NCBI GenBank assembly: GCA_934748015.1
Contig: CAKVHF010000001.1
Coordinates: 80,918 to 144,917, forward strand
DNA: 64,000 nt
Direction: 5' to 3'
Origin: an uncultured Clostridia bacterium
GTDB taxonomy: Bacteria > Bacillota > Clostridia > Christensenellales > UBA1242
Shown: piece by piece, positions 10,634 through 20,200 of the stretch
Layout: every line of letters begins with the position of its first letter
Numbering within the stretch: position 1 is the first letter of the stretch
Position numbers and translations under genes: made by a program
Notes under the pieces: model-generated
What the model was told of the DNA's origin: nothing
Database searches by the model: none
The model's input: the letters and a program-made list of their open reading frames with translations, nothing else

Positions 10634-10662
10634 TTGATTTTTTACATAAAAAATGTTACAAT
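10634..10662 (+). promoter_or_regulatory. Sigma-A-type promoter with extended -10, internal to the rpmJ-rpsM spacer
   Basis: TTGATT (10634-10639), 17-nt spacer, TACAAT (10657-10662), with TG at 10654-10655 (TGtTACAAT). Confidence 0.55.
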
Positions 10663-10933
10663 ATATATGATATTTGCGAGCTTTTGGGGGACTAGATAGG
10701 TGGCAAGCCTTTTTTGGTGACCGCAAGCTATGCAGAGATTATGGTTAAAATTACACAAGACGGTTGCTAAGAGTTATGTGTTTTTCTCTATGTCAACCAT
10801 GTTATCTAACAAAAAAAACACCATAAATTTGAAAATAATCATGTTTTGGGGCGGCTGAAGATGTAACAATCTTTCCCGGAATATGTGTTATATATATAAT
10901 TTTATTTTTTAAATAAATTTTGGAGGAAGTTAA

Positions 10934-11311
10934 ATGGCTCGTATTGCTGGAATTGATCTACCAAGAGAGAAAAGAGTTGAGATCGGCTTGACTTATATCT
11001 TTGGTATTGGTAGACAAACTGCTAATAAAATTTTAAAAGAAACCGGCGTTAACCCAGATACTCGTGTTAAAGATCTAACTGAGGACGAAATCAATCTAAT
11101 CAGAACTTATATCGAGAAGAACTGTGTTGTAGAAGGTGACTTACAAAGAGAGATTTCTCTTAACATTAAGAGATTACAAGAAATTGGTTGCTATCGTGGC
11201 GTTAGACACAGAAGAGGATTGCCTGTTCGTGGTCAAAATACTAAGCAAAATGCTAGAACTAGAAAGGGTCCTAAGAAGACAGTTTCTAAATCAAAGAAAG
11301 CTAAAATTTAA
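10934..11311 (+). CDS. rpsM: 30S ribosomal protein S13
   Basis: [26 protein letters not shown]...[35 protein letters not shown]. Confidence 0.95.
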   Translation: MARIAGIDLPREKRVEIGLTYIFGIGRQTANKILKETGVNPDTRVKDLTEDEINLIRTYIEKNCVVEGDLQREISLNIKRLQEIGCYRGVRHRRGLPVRGQNTKQNARTRKGPKKTVSKSKKAKI

Positions 11312-11334
11312 TTTGTAGGAGATGAATAATAAAG

Positions 11335-11736
11335 ATGGCTACAGTTACAAAAAAGAAAAAAGTAATTAAGAAAAAAAGAGTAACTAAGAACTTAGACAAG
11401 GGATGTGCCTATATTAATGCATCTTTTAACAATACAATCGTAACTATCACTGACCAAGCTGGCAATGTTGTTACTTGGAGCAGTGCTGGTAGCCTAGGAC
11501 TAAGCGGTTCTAGAAAGAGCACTCCTTACGCAGCTCAACAAGCAGCTGAGATCGCAGGTAAGGCAGCTAAAGAACAAGGCTTAAATAGTGTTGATGTATA
11601 TGTTAAAGGTCCAGGTAATGGTAGAGAAACTGCTATCAGAGCATTACAAACTGCTGGTTTGAATGTAACAATGATCAAGGATGTTTCTCCTATTCCTCAC
11701 AATGGATGTCGTCCACCAAAAAGAAGAAGAATATAG
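11335..11736 (+). CDS. rpsK: 30S ribosomal protein S11
   Basis: [28 protein letters not shown]...[18 protein letters not shown]. Confidence 0.95.
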   Translation: MATVTKKKKVIKKKRVTKNLDKGCAYINASFNNTIVTITDQAGNVVTWSSAGSLGLSGSRKSTPYAAQQAAEIAGKAAKEQGLNSVDVYVKGPGNGRETAIRALQTAGLNVTMIKDVSPIPHNGCRPPKRRRI

Positions 11737-11769
11737 TATCTTTTGGTACAAAATTTTTAAGTTTGTTAG

Positions 11770-11845
11770 TTGATCGAAACAAAAATATACTAGCGAGTAT
11801 ATCGCAAGTAAAATAATCGAGGTGATACCTCGATTGTACGATCAA
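11770..11845 (+). promoter_or_regulatory. Candidate structured leader (three-way junction) about 80 nt upstream of rpsD
   Basis: P1 is ttgatcg (11770-11776) paired with cgatcaa (11839-11845). It encloses P2, atatact/agtatat (11785-11791 / 11796-11802, loop agcg), and P3, atcgaggt/acctcgat (11816-11823 / 11827-11834, loop gat). All three stems are perfect complements by direct reading. Confidence 0.5.
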
Positions 11846-11924
11846 TATTCAAGTCTTATTTTAGATATAACTATTAAGATTTGAAATGTTCTATTTATGA
11901 AAAAACAAAGGAGATAATAATTAA

Positions 11925-12545
11925 ATGGCAAAATATACTGGTGCAGATTGTAGATTGTGCCGTAGAGAAGGTTGCAAACTTTTCCTTAAGGGCGAGAGAT
12001 GCCTATCAAGCAAATGCCCAATTGAGAAGAAAGCTGCTGTTCCTGGTGTTCATGGTCAAGCTAGAAGAAAGGCTAGTGAATATAGTCTACAATTGAGAGA
12101 GAAACAAAAAGTTAAAAGAAGTTATGGTTTGCTAGAAAAACAATTCAAGAGATACTATGATATGGCTGAGAATATGAAAGGTATTGTCGGTGAGAACATG
12201 TTATCTTTGCTAGAAAGAAGACTAGACAATGTTGTATATCGTATGGGTATCGGTGCTTCTAGAGCAGAATCTAGACAAATTGTTAATCATGGTCACATAA
12301 CTGTTAATGGAAAGAGTGTTAATATCCCATCTTACCTAGTTAAGGTTGGCGATGTTATTGCTATCAAAGAAAGCAAACAGAATATTGAAGCTTTCAAAGC
12401 TTTGAAAGATGTTAAAGTTGTTTTCCCTAAGTGGTTGGAATTTGACAACAAGACATTGGTTGGCAAAATTAATGCATTACCACAAAGAGATGATATTGAC
12501 TTGAATGTTAAAGAGCACTTAATTGTAGAGTTGTACTCTAAATAA
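11925..12545 (+). CDS. rpsD: 30S ribosomal protein S4
   Basis: [26 protein letters not shown]...[36 protein letters not shown] (S4 domain). GGAG RBS. Confidence 0.95.
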   Translation: MAKYTGADCRLCRREGCKLFLKGERCLSSKCPIEKKAAVPGVHGQARRKASEYSLQLREKQKVKRSYGLLEKQFKRYYDMAENMKGIVGENMLSLLERRLDNVVYRMGIGASRAESRQIVNHGHITVNGKSVNIPSYLVKVGDVIAIKESKQNIEAFKALKDVKVVFPKWLEFDNKTLVGKINALPQRDDIDLNVKEHLIVELYSK

Positions 12546-12570
12546 TCCTAAAAAGTGAGGAATTTTCAAT

Positions 12571-13524
12571 ATGATGGAAATAGAAAAACCAAAAATTACT
12601 TGTGAAGAAACTGAGAATGGATGTTTTGCAAGATTTATTGTAGAACCATTGGACAGAGGATTTGGTATCACAATTGGTAACTGCTTAAGAAGAGTTCTTC
12701 TTTCAGCGCTACCAGGTGCTGCTGCAGTAGGTATCAAGATTGCAGGTGTTCAACACGAGTTCTCAACACTTAAGGGTGTTATGGAAGATGTTGTTGATAT
12801 CGTTCTTAATATCAAGAACTTAGCTGTTAAGGCTTTTGATACAACTAAAGATTTCAGTACCGTTCTTACTATCAATAAATATGGCGAAGGCGAAGTAACT
12901 GCCGCAGATTTCGAGCCTAATGATTTGGTTGAGATACTTAACCCAGATCTTCATATTTGTACACTAGATAGTAGTGCTAAGTTTGAGATGCAAGTATTTA
13001 TTGGCAGAGGCAGGGGCTTTGTCGCTGCAGAGGCTCATAAGCCAGAAGATGCTCCTGTAGGTTATATCGCCATAGATTCTAATTTCACTCCAGTTAAGAA
13101 AGTTAATTATTTTGTAACTAACACACGTGTTGGTCAAAGTATTGATTATGACAAATTAACTATTGAAGTAGAAACTAACGGAACATTGTCTGCTAGAGAG
13201 GTAATTAGTCTATCTGGTAAATTAATTCAAGATCATATCGCATTATTTGTTGATTTGGTTGAGAGTATGTCACAAATGGATTTACTTGTAAGCAAAGAAG
13301 AAGACAAACAAACTAAGGTATTGGAGATGACTATTGATGACATGGATTTGTCTGTTCGTAGTTACAATTGCCTTAAGAGAGCTAATATCTTAACAGTTCA
13401 AGACTTGACTAAGAAGACAGAGTCTGACTTAGCTAAAGTTAAGAACTTGGGCAAGAGATCACTAGAAGAAGTTATAGCAAAACTAGGCGAATATGGTTTG
13501 TCTCTTAGAAATGACGAAGAATAA
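12571..13524 (+). CDS. rpoA: DNA-directed RNA polymerase subunit alpha
   Basis: FIVEPLDRGFGITIGNCLRRVLLSALPGAA... C-terminal domain LSVRSYNCLKRANILTVQDLTKKTESDLAKVKNLGKRSLEEV. Confidence 0.95.
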   Translation: MMEIEKPKITCEETENGCFARFIVEPLDRGFGITIGNCLRRVLLSALPGAAAVGIKIAGVQHEFSTLKGVMEDVVDIVLNIKNLAVKAFDTTKDFSTVLTINKYGEGEVTAADFEPNDLVEILNPDLHICTLDSSAKFEMQVFIGRGRGFVAAEAHKPEDAPVGYIAIDSNFTPVKKVNYFVTNTRVGQSIDYDKLTIEVETNGTLSAREVISLSGKLIQDHIALFVDLVESMSQMDLLVSKEEDKQTKVLEMTIDDMDLSVRSYNCLKRANILTVQDLTKKTESDLAKVKNLGKRSLEEVIAKLGEYGLSLRNDEE

Positions 13525-13538
13525 TAAAGGAGAAAGCA

Positions 13539-14042
13539 ATGAGAAAGTTAAATAGACCTACTGATGAAAGAATGGCTGTTATTAAAGGCTTAGCAACTAG
13601 CTTGCTATGGTATGGCAAGGTAGAAACTACTCTTGCAAAAGCAAAAGAGTTAAAACCTTATACTGAAAAACTTTTGACCCTTGCTATTAATTCCTACGAT
13701 GATAATGTAAAAGTTGTTAAGACTGTTACAGACAAGAAAGGTGTTAAGGTTCAAAAGGAAGTTATTAACGATGGCGTTAAGAAACTAAATGCTAGAAGAG
13801 CTATCATGAGCAAAGTATATGACATCCAAGAGAAAATGGGTGCTAACGAAACTAAAGCAGATTTCGTAGCAAGAACTAAGGATATCAATCATCCATTGAT
13901 CGAAAAAATATTCAACGAATATGCTCCAAAGTATGCAACTAGAAAAGCAGATTTGGGCATCGGTGGTGGATATACTAGAATTATCAAACTTGGTACAAGA
14001 AATGGTGATAATTCTGAAATGGCAATAATCGAGCTTGTTTAA
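13539..14042 (+). CDS. rplQ: 50S ribosomal protein L17 (long form, 167 aa, with internal insertions)
   Basis: MRKLNRPTDERMAVIKGLATSLLWYGKVETTLAKAKELKPYTEKLLTLA...GGGYTRIIKLGTRNGDNSEMAIIELV. Confidence 0.9.
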   Translation: MRKLNRPTDERMAVIKGLATSLLWYGKVETTLAKAKELKPYTEKLLTLAINSYDDNVKVVKTVTDKKGVKVQKEVINDGVKKLNARRAIMSKVYDIQEKMGANETKADFVARTKDINHPLIEKIFNEYAPKYATRKADLGIGGGYTRIIKLGTRNGDNSEMAIIELV

Positions 14043-14054
14043 TAATAAAATTAT

Positions 14055-14088
14055 AAAACTACAAATAATGCATTTGTAGTTTTTTTTT
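14055..14088 (+). terminator. Rho-independent terminator ending the alpha operon
   Basis: aaaactacaaat / atttgtagtttt stem with a 5-nt loop, followed by a T8 run. Confidence 0.8.
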
Positions 14089-14266
14089 GTTATTATTTGG
14101 TTATTTGTAAGATCTGTGGTATATTAGTGGTACAAGGTATCGGGTGCTAAAAATAAGTAAACTATTATAAGAAATCAATGACTTATATATTAGCTATTAT
14201 TAAGCACATTGGATGCAATTAATCGAATATATAATAAAGTACAAATAATAAATGGTGGTGGTTGTT

Positions 14267-14806
14267 ATGAAAAACTGCATTTGTATAACAGGATTAGCGG
14301 GAAAATTTACCGAAAATATAACCAAGAAATTGGCAAAAGAATTGGATCTATATTATGCCAATGTTATCAACATGCTAGAATTTGATATAATAGATATCCG
14401 CAACACCATCAATATATGCGGATTGGATTATTACAAGAAATTGGTTGCTAAGAAACTAAAAGAACTAACAACTTACGAAAATGACATAGTGTATCTCAAT
14501 TATTATATCTTGCAATATAGCGAGTGTAGACCGGTTATTAGGGAGAAATTCATAACAATATATCTTGATTTGCCCGAACAAAGATATGCTAAACTTATAG
14601 AGGATGAGAACTTAACAGAACTGGAAGCAAAGTTGGAAAAAGGTGTATATAAGCCTAGAAATAAGCATTTTTCATCTATTTGTGATATCGTTGTTAAGTG
14701 CAAGAACAAGTCGGAAATGGATATTGTAAATAGTATCAAGAAAGAAATAATAAATTATTATAAGAAGGTAGAGAGACATGAAAATAGATCAAAAAGCGGT
14801 AAATAA
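14267..14806 (+). CDS. Hypothetical small nucleotide/shikimate-kinase-like protein with a degenerate Walker A
   Basis: ORF track gives 14252. I prefer the ATG at 14267 (MKNCICITGLAGKF...), preceded by ggtggtgg. The N-terminal beta-strand/loop ICITGLAGKFTENITKKLAKEL resembles kinase P-loop folds, but it lacks GxxxxGK[ST]. The 3' end overlaps tkt by 29 nt. Confidence 0.5.
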   Translation: MKNCICITGLAGKFTENITKKLAKELDLYYANVINMLEFDIIDIRNTINICGLDYYKKLVAKKLKELTTYENDIVYLNYYILQYSECRPVIREKFITIYLDLPEQRYAKLIEDENLTELEAKLEKGVYKPRNKHFSSICDIVVKCKNKSEMDIVNSIKKEIINYYKKVERHENRSKSGK

Positions 14807-16733
14807 CATAAGAGTTGTTGCAAGCGAAGTAATTGCTAATGCTAAAAGTGGACATAGCGGAATTGTACTTAGTTCTGCGCCTATACTTTACTCGCTATTT
14901 GCACACAATTTACGTGGCTGTGCTTCCGATCCGACCAATGTACTAAGAGATAGATTTGTGCTTAGTGCTGGACATGGCAGTGCATTATATTATACGTTGC
15001 TTCACTATATGGGCTATAATATCAGCATGGATGATCTAAAAAATTTCCGAAAATTGGGTTCAATAACTTCCGGACACCCAGAATATAATCGCAACATCGG
15101 TGTAGAATGTACAACTGGCCCATTGGGTCAAGGTGTTTCCACTGCTGTAGGCTTGGCAATTGCAGAGAAAATGCTTGAGGCTCGATATAACAAAGAAAAT
15201 AACAGACTTTTCGACTACAAAGTATACACTCTTGTTGGCGAAGGATGCTTGATGGAAGGGGTATCGTACGAAGCGCTAAGCCTTGCTGGAACATTGCAAT
15301 TGGATAACTTAATTGTTTTGTATGATAGCAATGGCAATACATTGGATAGTGATGTAACCAATACTTTTGGAACAAATATCAAAGGCTATATTAAATCCCT
15401 AGGATTTAACTATTATTTGGTAAAAAACGGCAATGATGTTGCAAGTATTGATAGGGCAATATTTAAAGCAAAATTATCCAAGAAACCTGCTTTTATAGAG
15501 GTTAAAACTTGCCTTGGCTTTGGGTCAGAATTGGCTGGCTCTAACAAGAGTCATGGCTTGGTTATGAATGATATGCAAATAGAGAAATTACGCCTTAATT
15601 TAGGCGTTTCGAGCAAACCTTTTGAGTTGGAACCAGATGTAGCAAAACATTTGCAATCTATTGCAAAAAAGAATGATAATATCGAAGTGTTTAACAAAAG
15701 ACTAGATAAATACAAAGCACAATATCCGACTGACTATTTGAACCTCGTATCCATGCTATCTGGCAAAATCACTAAAATCAAATTTGGTGATGTCAAGGTG
15801 GACAAGAGTGACGAGTCAACTCGTAATTTAGGTCAAATTGTGCTTAATAAGTTGTGCGAAAATAACCCAAGCATAGTTGGTGGCAATGCCGATCTTGCTA
15901 GTTGTACTAAGGCTTTTGTCAATAATTCGGCAATAGTTAATAGAGATGACTTTTCTGGCAAAAATATATACTATGGCATAAGAGAATTTGGCATGGCTTG
16001 TATGACCAATGGTCTAGCACTAAGTGGATTTAAACCATTTGCAGGAACATTTATGGTGTTTAGTGACTATATGCGTAGTGCAATCCGTAGCAGTGCCATT
16101 ATGGGGCTTCCGGTAACATATATTTTGTCACATGATAGTATTGCCGTAGGTGAGGATGGGCCAACTCATCAGCCAATTGAACAACTGGACTCTTTCCGTT
16201 GTATGCCTAACCTTAATGTATGGCGTCCATGCAATGTAGAGGAGATGGTGACTGCTTATAATATGGCTTTTTCTAGCGAAAAAACACCAAATATTATTTC
16301 GCTTACTAGACAAAATATTAGATTGTATCCATCTGACAAAACAGAGTTAAAAAACATCGAAAGAGGTGGATATGTTATCGCAAAAGAGCAATATCCATTG
16401 GGATTAATAATATGTGCAACTGGTAGTGAAGTGCCTGTAGCAATGGAAGCAAAGAAGGTGCTAGAAAAGAAATCATTGGGTGTGCGTGTAGTTAGTGTTC
16501 CTTGCATGGAAGTTTTGAAAAAACAATCAAAATCGTATATTGATGGACTATTACCTGCTGGCATCAAGAAGGTGTGTATCGAGGCAAGCAGTGGCGTGTA
16601 CTGGAAGGAAATAGTGAGCGATGCAAGAGTTGTCGGCATCAACGATTTTGGGCTTAGTGGATCGAAAGACGACCTATTTAAACACTTCAATATTACTGCA
16701 CAAGAAATCGAGAAAATGGCTAAAAGTAAGTAG
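14778..16733 (+). CDS. tkt: Transketolase
   Basis: 651 aa. AVNNIRVVASEVIANAKSGHSG...SAGHGSALYYTLLHYMGY...GPLGQG...GEGCLMEGVSYEA...HDSIAVGEDGPTHQPIEQ. Confidence 0.93.
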   Translation: MKIDQKAVNNIRVVASEVIANAKSGHSGIVLSSAPILYSLFAHNLRGCASDPTNVLRDRFVLSAGHGSALYYTLLHYMGYNISMDDLKNFRKLGSITSGHPEYNRNIGVECTTGPLGQGVSTAVGLAIAEKMLEARYNKENNRLFDYKVYTLVGEGCLMEGVSYEALSLAGTLQLDNLIVLYDSNGNTLDSDVTNTFGTNIKGYIKSLGFNYYLVKNGNDVASIDRAIFKAKLSKKPAFIEVKTCLGFGSELAGSNKSHGLVMNDMQIEKLRLNLGVSSKPFELEPDVAKHLQSIAKKNDNIEVFNKRLDKYKAQYPTDYLNLVSMLSGKITKIKFGDVKVDKSDESTRNLGQIVLNKLCENNPSIVGGNADLASCTKAFVNNSAIVNRDDFSGKNIYYGIREFGMACMTNGLALSGFKPFAGTFMVFSDYMRSAIRSSAIMGLPVTYILSHDSIAVGEDGPTHQPIEQLDSFRCMPNLNVWRPCNVEEMVTAYNMAFSSEKTPNIISLTRQNIRLYPSDKTELKNIERGGYVIAKEQYPLGLIICATGSEVPVAMEAKKVLEKKSLGVRVVSVPCMEVLKKQSKSYIDGLLPAGIKKVCIEASSGVYWKEIVSDARVVGINDFGLSGSKDDLFKHFNITAQEIEKMAKSK

Positions 16734-16804
16734 TTTTTAATATTATTACAATATTTATTGCAATATATTTTAAAGGGAAATTTTATAAAATTTATAAAAA
16801 AGAA

Positions 16805-16851
16805 AAACAACTATTTCATGCAAAAAAACGGCATGAGTTAGTTGTTTTTTT
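16805..16851 (+). terminator. Rho-independent terminator after tkt
   Basis: aacaactatttcatgc / gcatgagttagttgtt stem (2-nt internal mismatch), then a T7 run. Confidence 0.8.
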
Positions 16852-16970
16852 GTATAACTTTTCTAAAGAACTTGGTCAGTATTTCTTTTTTTGCCTTAGA
16901 TCGTACTTGGAAAGTTTTATATGTTTGTAAATAGGGAGATTTTGTTCCGATTTTTTGCTGGTTACAATAT

Positions 16971-16999
16971 TGTGGATAACTTGTGCCAATTTTTCCACA
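16971..16999. promoter_or_regulatory. Inverted pair of DnaA-box-like 9-mers
   Basis: tgtggataa (16971-16979) is a perfect TTATCCACA on the minus strand. ttttccaca (16991-16999) has one mismatch, on the plus strand. They lie 11 bp apart, in the intergenic region upstream of the giant gene promoter. Confidence 0.3.
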
Positions 17000-17115
17000 A
17001 ATTGTATACAAAAGCTGGAAACAACCGCAAATTATCAGTATTTTGAAGTTATCGGATAAATATTTTTGCCAAAAATTTTTATTTTTTTACAAAATATTAT
17101 CTATAGTGTTATTGT

Positions 17116-17144
17116 TTGACATAATTAGCTATATTTTTTATAAT
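17116..17144 (+). promoter_or_regulatory. Consensus sigma-A promoter for the giant ORF
   Basis: TTGACA (17116-17121), exactly 17 nt, TATAAT (17139-17144). About 85 nt upstream of the ATG at 17230. Confidence 0.65.
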
Positions 17145-17229
17145 AAATTATATTTATTATACATTTAGTTATAAATAAATTTTTTACAACAAACTAATAA
17201 TAAAATCAATAGATTGATAAGGGTGAAAC

Positions 17230-17295
17230 ATGAGAAAGAAATTAGTTGCTATTATTGTATTATTCCTAGGTGCAATTATGTCACTTGTAGGATGT
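17230..17295 (+). other. Lipoprotein signal peptide with lipobox L-V-G-C (Cys22)
   Basis: MRKKLVAIIVLFLGAIMSLVG|C: positively charged n-region, hydrophobic h-region, [LVI][ASTVI][GAS]C lipobox. Cys codon at 17293-17295. Confidence 0.8.
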
Positions 17296-20200
17296 GATTG
17301 TTCCAACAATCAAGACAATATGAAGATTAGATCATCTGCAGTTGGCAATTACGAAACAGTTGCGGGCAAAGATGACCAATATTTGTTATATTGCAATACC
17401 GATGCCGAACTGGAGTATATCTTGCAGAGCAATGCTGGAAAGACCAAGATGTACAATAAGCTTGTGCTAGATGTTGAGGTTGAGGGTGTTTCCAATAATG
17501 ACAACAAGGATATTGTCTACAAAACTTCTTCCAACTGTGTTTCTTTATCATCTGTTGTGGATGGTGGCGTTACTAGGTTGACAATATCTGCAGTTGACTC
17601 GGGCTATGCTAAAATCACAATGTCATCCAAGGTGTATGGCTTGGTAGAGAAATCGGTTGAGGTCTATGTGGAGAAGGCTACTGCTATTATGAATGCCAAG
17701 GACGATATGGCTGTAGCAGATGGCGGAGTCCTTAATCTTAACGATTTGGCAACTCAAGACAAGTTTATAGAGTATACAGCTAACACAACCAAGACTGATG
17801 TTGAGGTTGCGATTGCATACAATGCACTTGCATCAGATGCAGCTAAGCAAGCCTTGAGAGAGGTTGTAGAGCAGTATATAACAATTGCTAATGGCAAAAT
17901 TACTGTTGCCGATGGAACAGCCAATGCATTGCGTAACACAGTACTTGCTAATACTAAGTTGCCTATCACTGTAAGAAATATTACATCCAATATCTATATG
18001 AAGGATGCTGACGAAAATACAGTACATTGGGTTGAGATTGTAGAATTGACCAAAGTAGCCAATGTGTATATGAACAAGTTGGACGGAAATAGCAAAATCA
18101 AACTAGAGTCGTTTGTTAACGATGGTTCGGTTGGTGCAGATTACTACGAAGTAAGGTTGGTTAATACATCCGATCTTACAGGTACAAGTAGTTACAATAC
18201 ATATCTTACATCTCGTAACCTTTACTTTGCTGGACTAGATAGTGGCAACACTGTATGGTTTAATTCGGATACATATTCATTTGATGTTGTAGGCTCTAGT
18301 TCACCAATTTCCAATTCTCTATATATTTCACCTAATATAGATGATACTAAGAAGTTGTCAATGAGTGTTACAGCAAGCAAGTTGCAAAACATTAATACTA
18401 TTAAATTTGCAATTGATTACAAAGAATATCCGGGTCTATTTACTCAGTATATATATATCAAATTTATCAGAATGCAAGTTCCTACCGAGAATGATATATA
18501 TCTTAATAGTGAGTTAGACTTAAATAGATTCGTTGTATACAACAAGGATACATACAATACAGGCCGTGTAACAGGTAGTGTATTAGAAGTTAGTACAACA
18601 AGCCAATTTATCGGCATGAGCTATAGATATTCGCTATCTATGGATAACAATGGCGGATTATATAACAATGTTGATTACGAGAATAATCCAGATTATATCC
18701 AAACTGGTAGCAATGCTCTTATCAATGTAAGAAGATTGACAGGCGTAGATTATACATCTGACGAAGATATAAGCCAAAAGAATAAATTATATGTTTCACA
18801 TAATTTTGATAACCTGGCTAGTTTTGGTGGAAAAATTACTTTAACAATTCAGTTGACTTACGATCTGTCTGGCAACAGCAGTAATGGTGCAGAATATGAT
18901 AAGTTCTATGTTACTAAGTCTATCGATCTTAGTCTAGTGCAGGGTTTGACCAAGGAAAATATAGAAGGTAGTTTCTTAAGGGATGAGTTTGTGCTAGATG
19001 TAACAGATTATCAAGACAAACAAGTATACAAACTTTGGACGCCAGGTGCGGATCTAAAGGTGTCTGATTATATCAATTGGACAACCAGTACAGGTGCTGT
19101 ATACAACCGGAGATATTTTACTCTAGATGTTATAACCGAACAAGTTAATGGTGTTGACCAACAATATCTTATCTTAGTTCCTAACCAAGAATATTTAACA
19201 ACCTCTGGCAAAGAGAGATTAACTCTTAACTTTATCAACGGAACATCTGTTAATAAGTTTGTAGAATGTGTAATTCCATTTATGTTTGGTGATAGCGATG
19301 GCGGTGTTGCGATTGCGTATAACGAACAAGATTCCGCATTTATGTACAAGGGATCGCTACTAAGCGAAGCCGTATTTAAGGGTAATAGTGCTTATTGGCA
19401 ATTGTTTGATATGCAGGATGCAGACACTGCATGGACTAGATATCAAGAATATATCCAACATGACCAAGATGGGGATACTATAAGCGGTTATACTTATACA
19501 ACTCTACACAATCTAGTTATTGCCAAAGGCTCTAGTCTAGCACTTAGTGTCCAGAACTATATGTATAAGATGACTGGTCAAAGTCTAGGAATAGAATTTT
19601 ATAATATCCCAGTAGACAATAACTTAAGAATTAATATCCGTAAGAAATATAGTTTGCAAGGTTACTCTGGTGGTAAATTAAATGCAAGCAATACAATATC
19701 CAACCGTAACAATCCAGATGTTGTAGAGATAACATACTCGGGTTATGCTTATGTAACAGACAATGGTGTTAAGTCTTTGAAGCCAATTACATTTACTCAA
19801 AATATTTTAGTCTGGGTATATGATAGCATCCAATCTATCGAACTTAACAGAGACAATACTACGTTGTATGATTATCGTACAGTAGGTGCATTTAGACAGA
19901 GCAATAGTATGTACGAATTGTCTTACTCTGTTAATCCAGCAATAACCAACTTGGGTGGTGTGGCTACCGACTCTGACAAGGGTGATGGCGTAAGTATTCG
20001 TTGGGGATTCTTCAAGAAGAATATTGAAAATCTTACTAAAGATGAAAAAGACGAACTAGGAAAGCTTAATGGCTTAGACTCACAAAAATTCAAAGCACTA
20101 ATGGATAAGTATATTATTGCAGATACCCAATACACAGTGGATACAGGCAATAGTAAAGCACAATTTTCTCTTAATGAAGTATTGTATTTACAGCAGGTTA

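Noticed and set aside
10700-10760. T-box-like sequence ggtgaccgcaag plus an AGAGA element in the rpmJ-rpsM spacer.
   Set aside because: The elements are in the wrong order relative to a T-box leader, the T-box consensus (GGUGGNACCGCG) is not matched, there is no specifier or terminator architecture, and the downstream gene is not an aminoacyl-tRNA-related gene.
849-16810. Antisense or alternate-frame ORFs within the ribosomal, secY, adk and tkt genes (for example 849-1130, 2080-2379, 4751-5074, 5900-6379, 7203-7478, 11136-11318, 11881-12096, 15022-15375, 16256-16810).
   Set aside because: Each overlaps a confidently identified conserved gene on the other strand or frame and has no motif or RBS support.
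16971-16999. Replication origin (oriC) suggested by DnaA boxes.
   Set aside because: Only two boxes are present. There is no cluster, no adjacent AT-rich unwinding 13-mers that I could define, and no dnaA, dnaN or rpmH nearby. Gene orientation does not switch here.
16983-17168. 61-aa ORF in the tkt/giant-gene intergenic region, and a 64-aa ORF at 47136-47330.
   Set aside because: AT-rich promoter DNA with no RBS. The Ile/Phe/Leu/Tyr-rich translation is typical of random AT-rich sequence. The first one overlaps the predicted -35/-10 of the giant gene.
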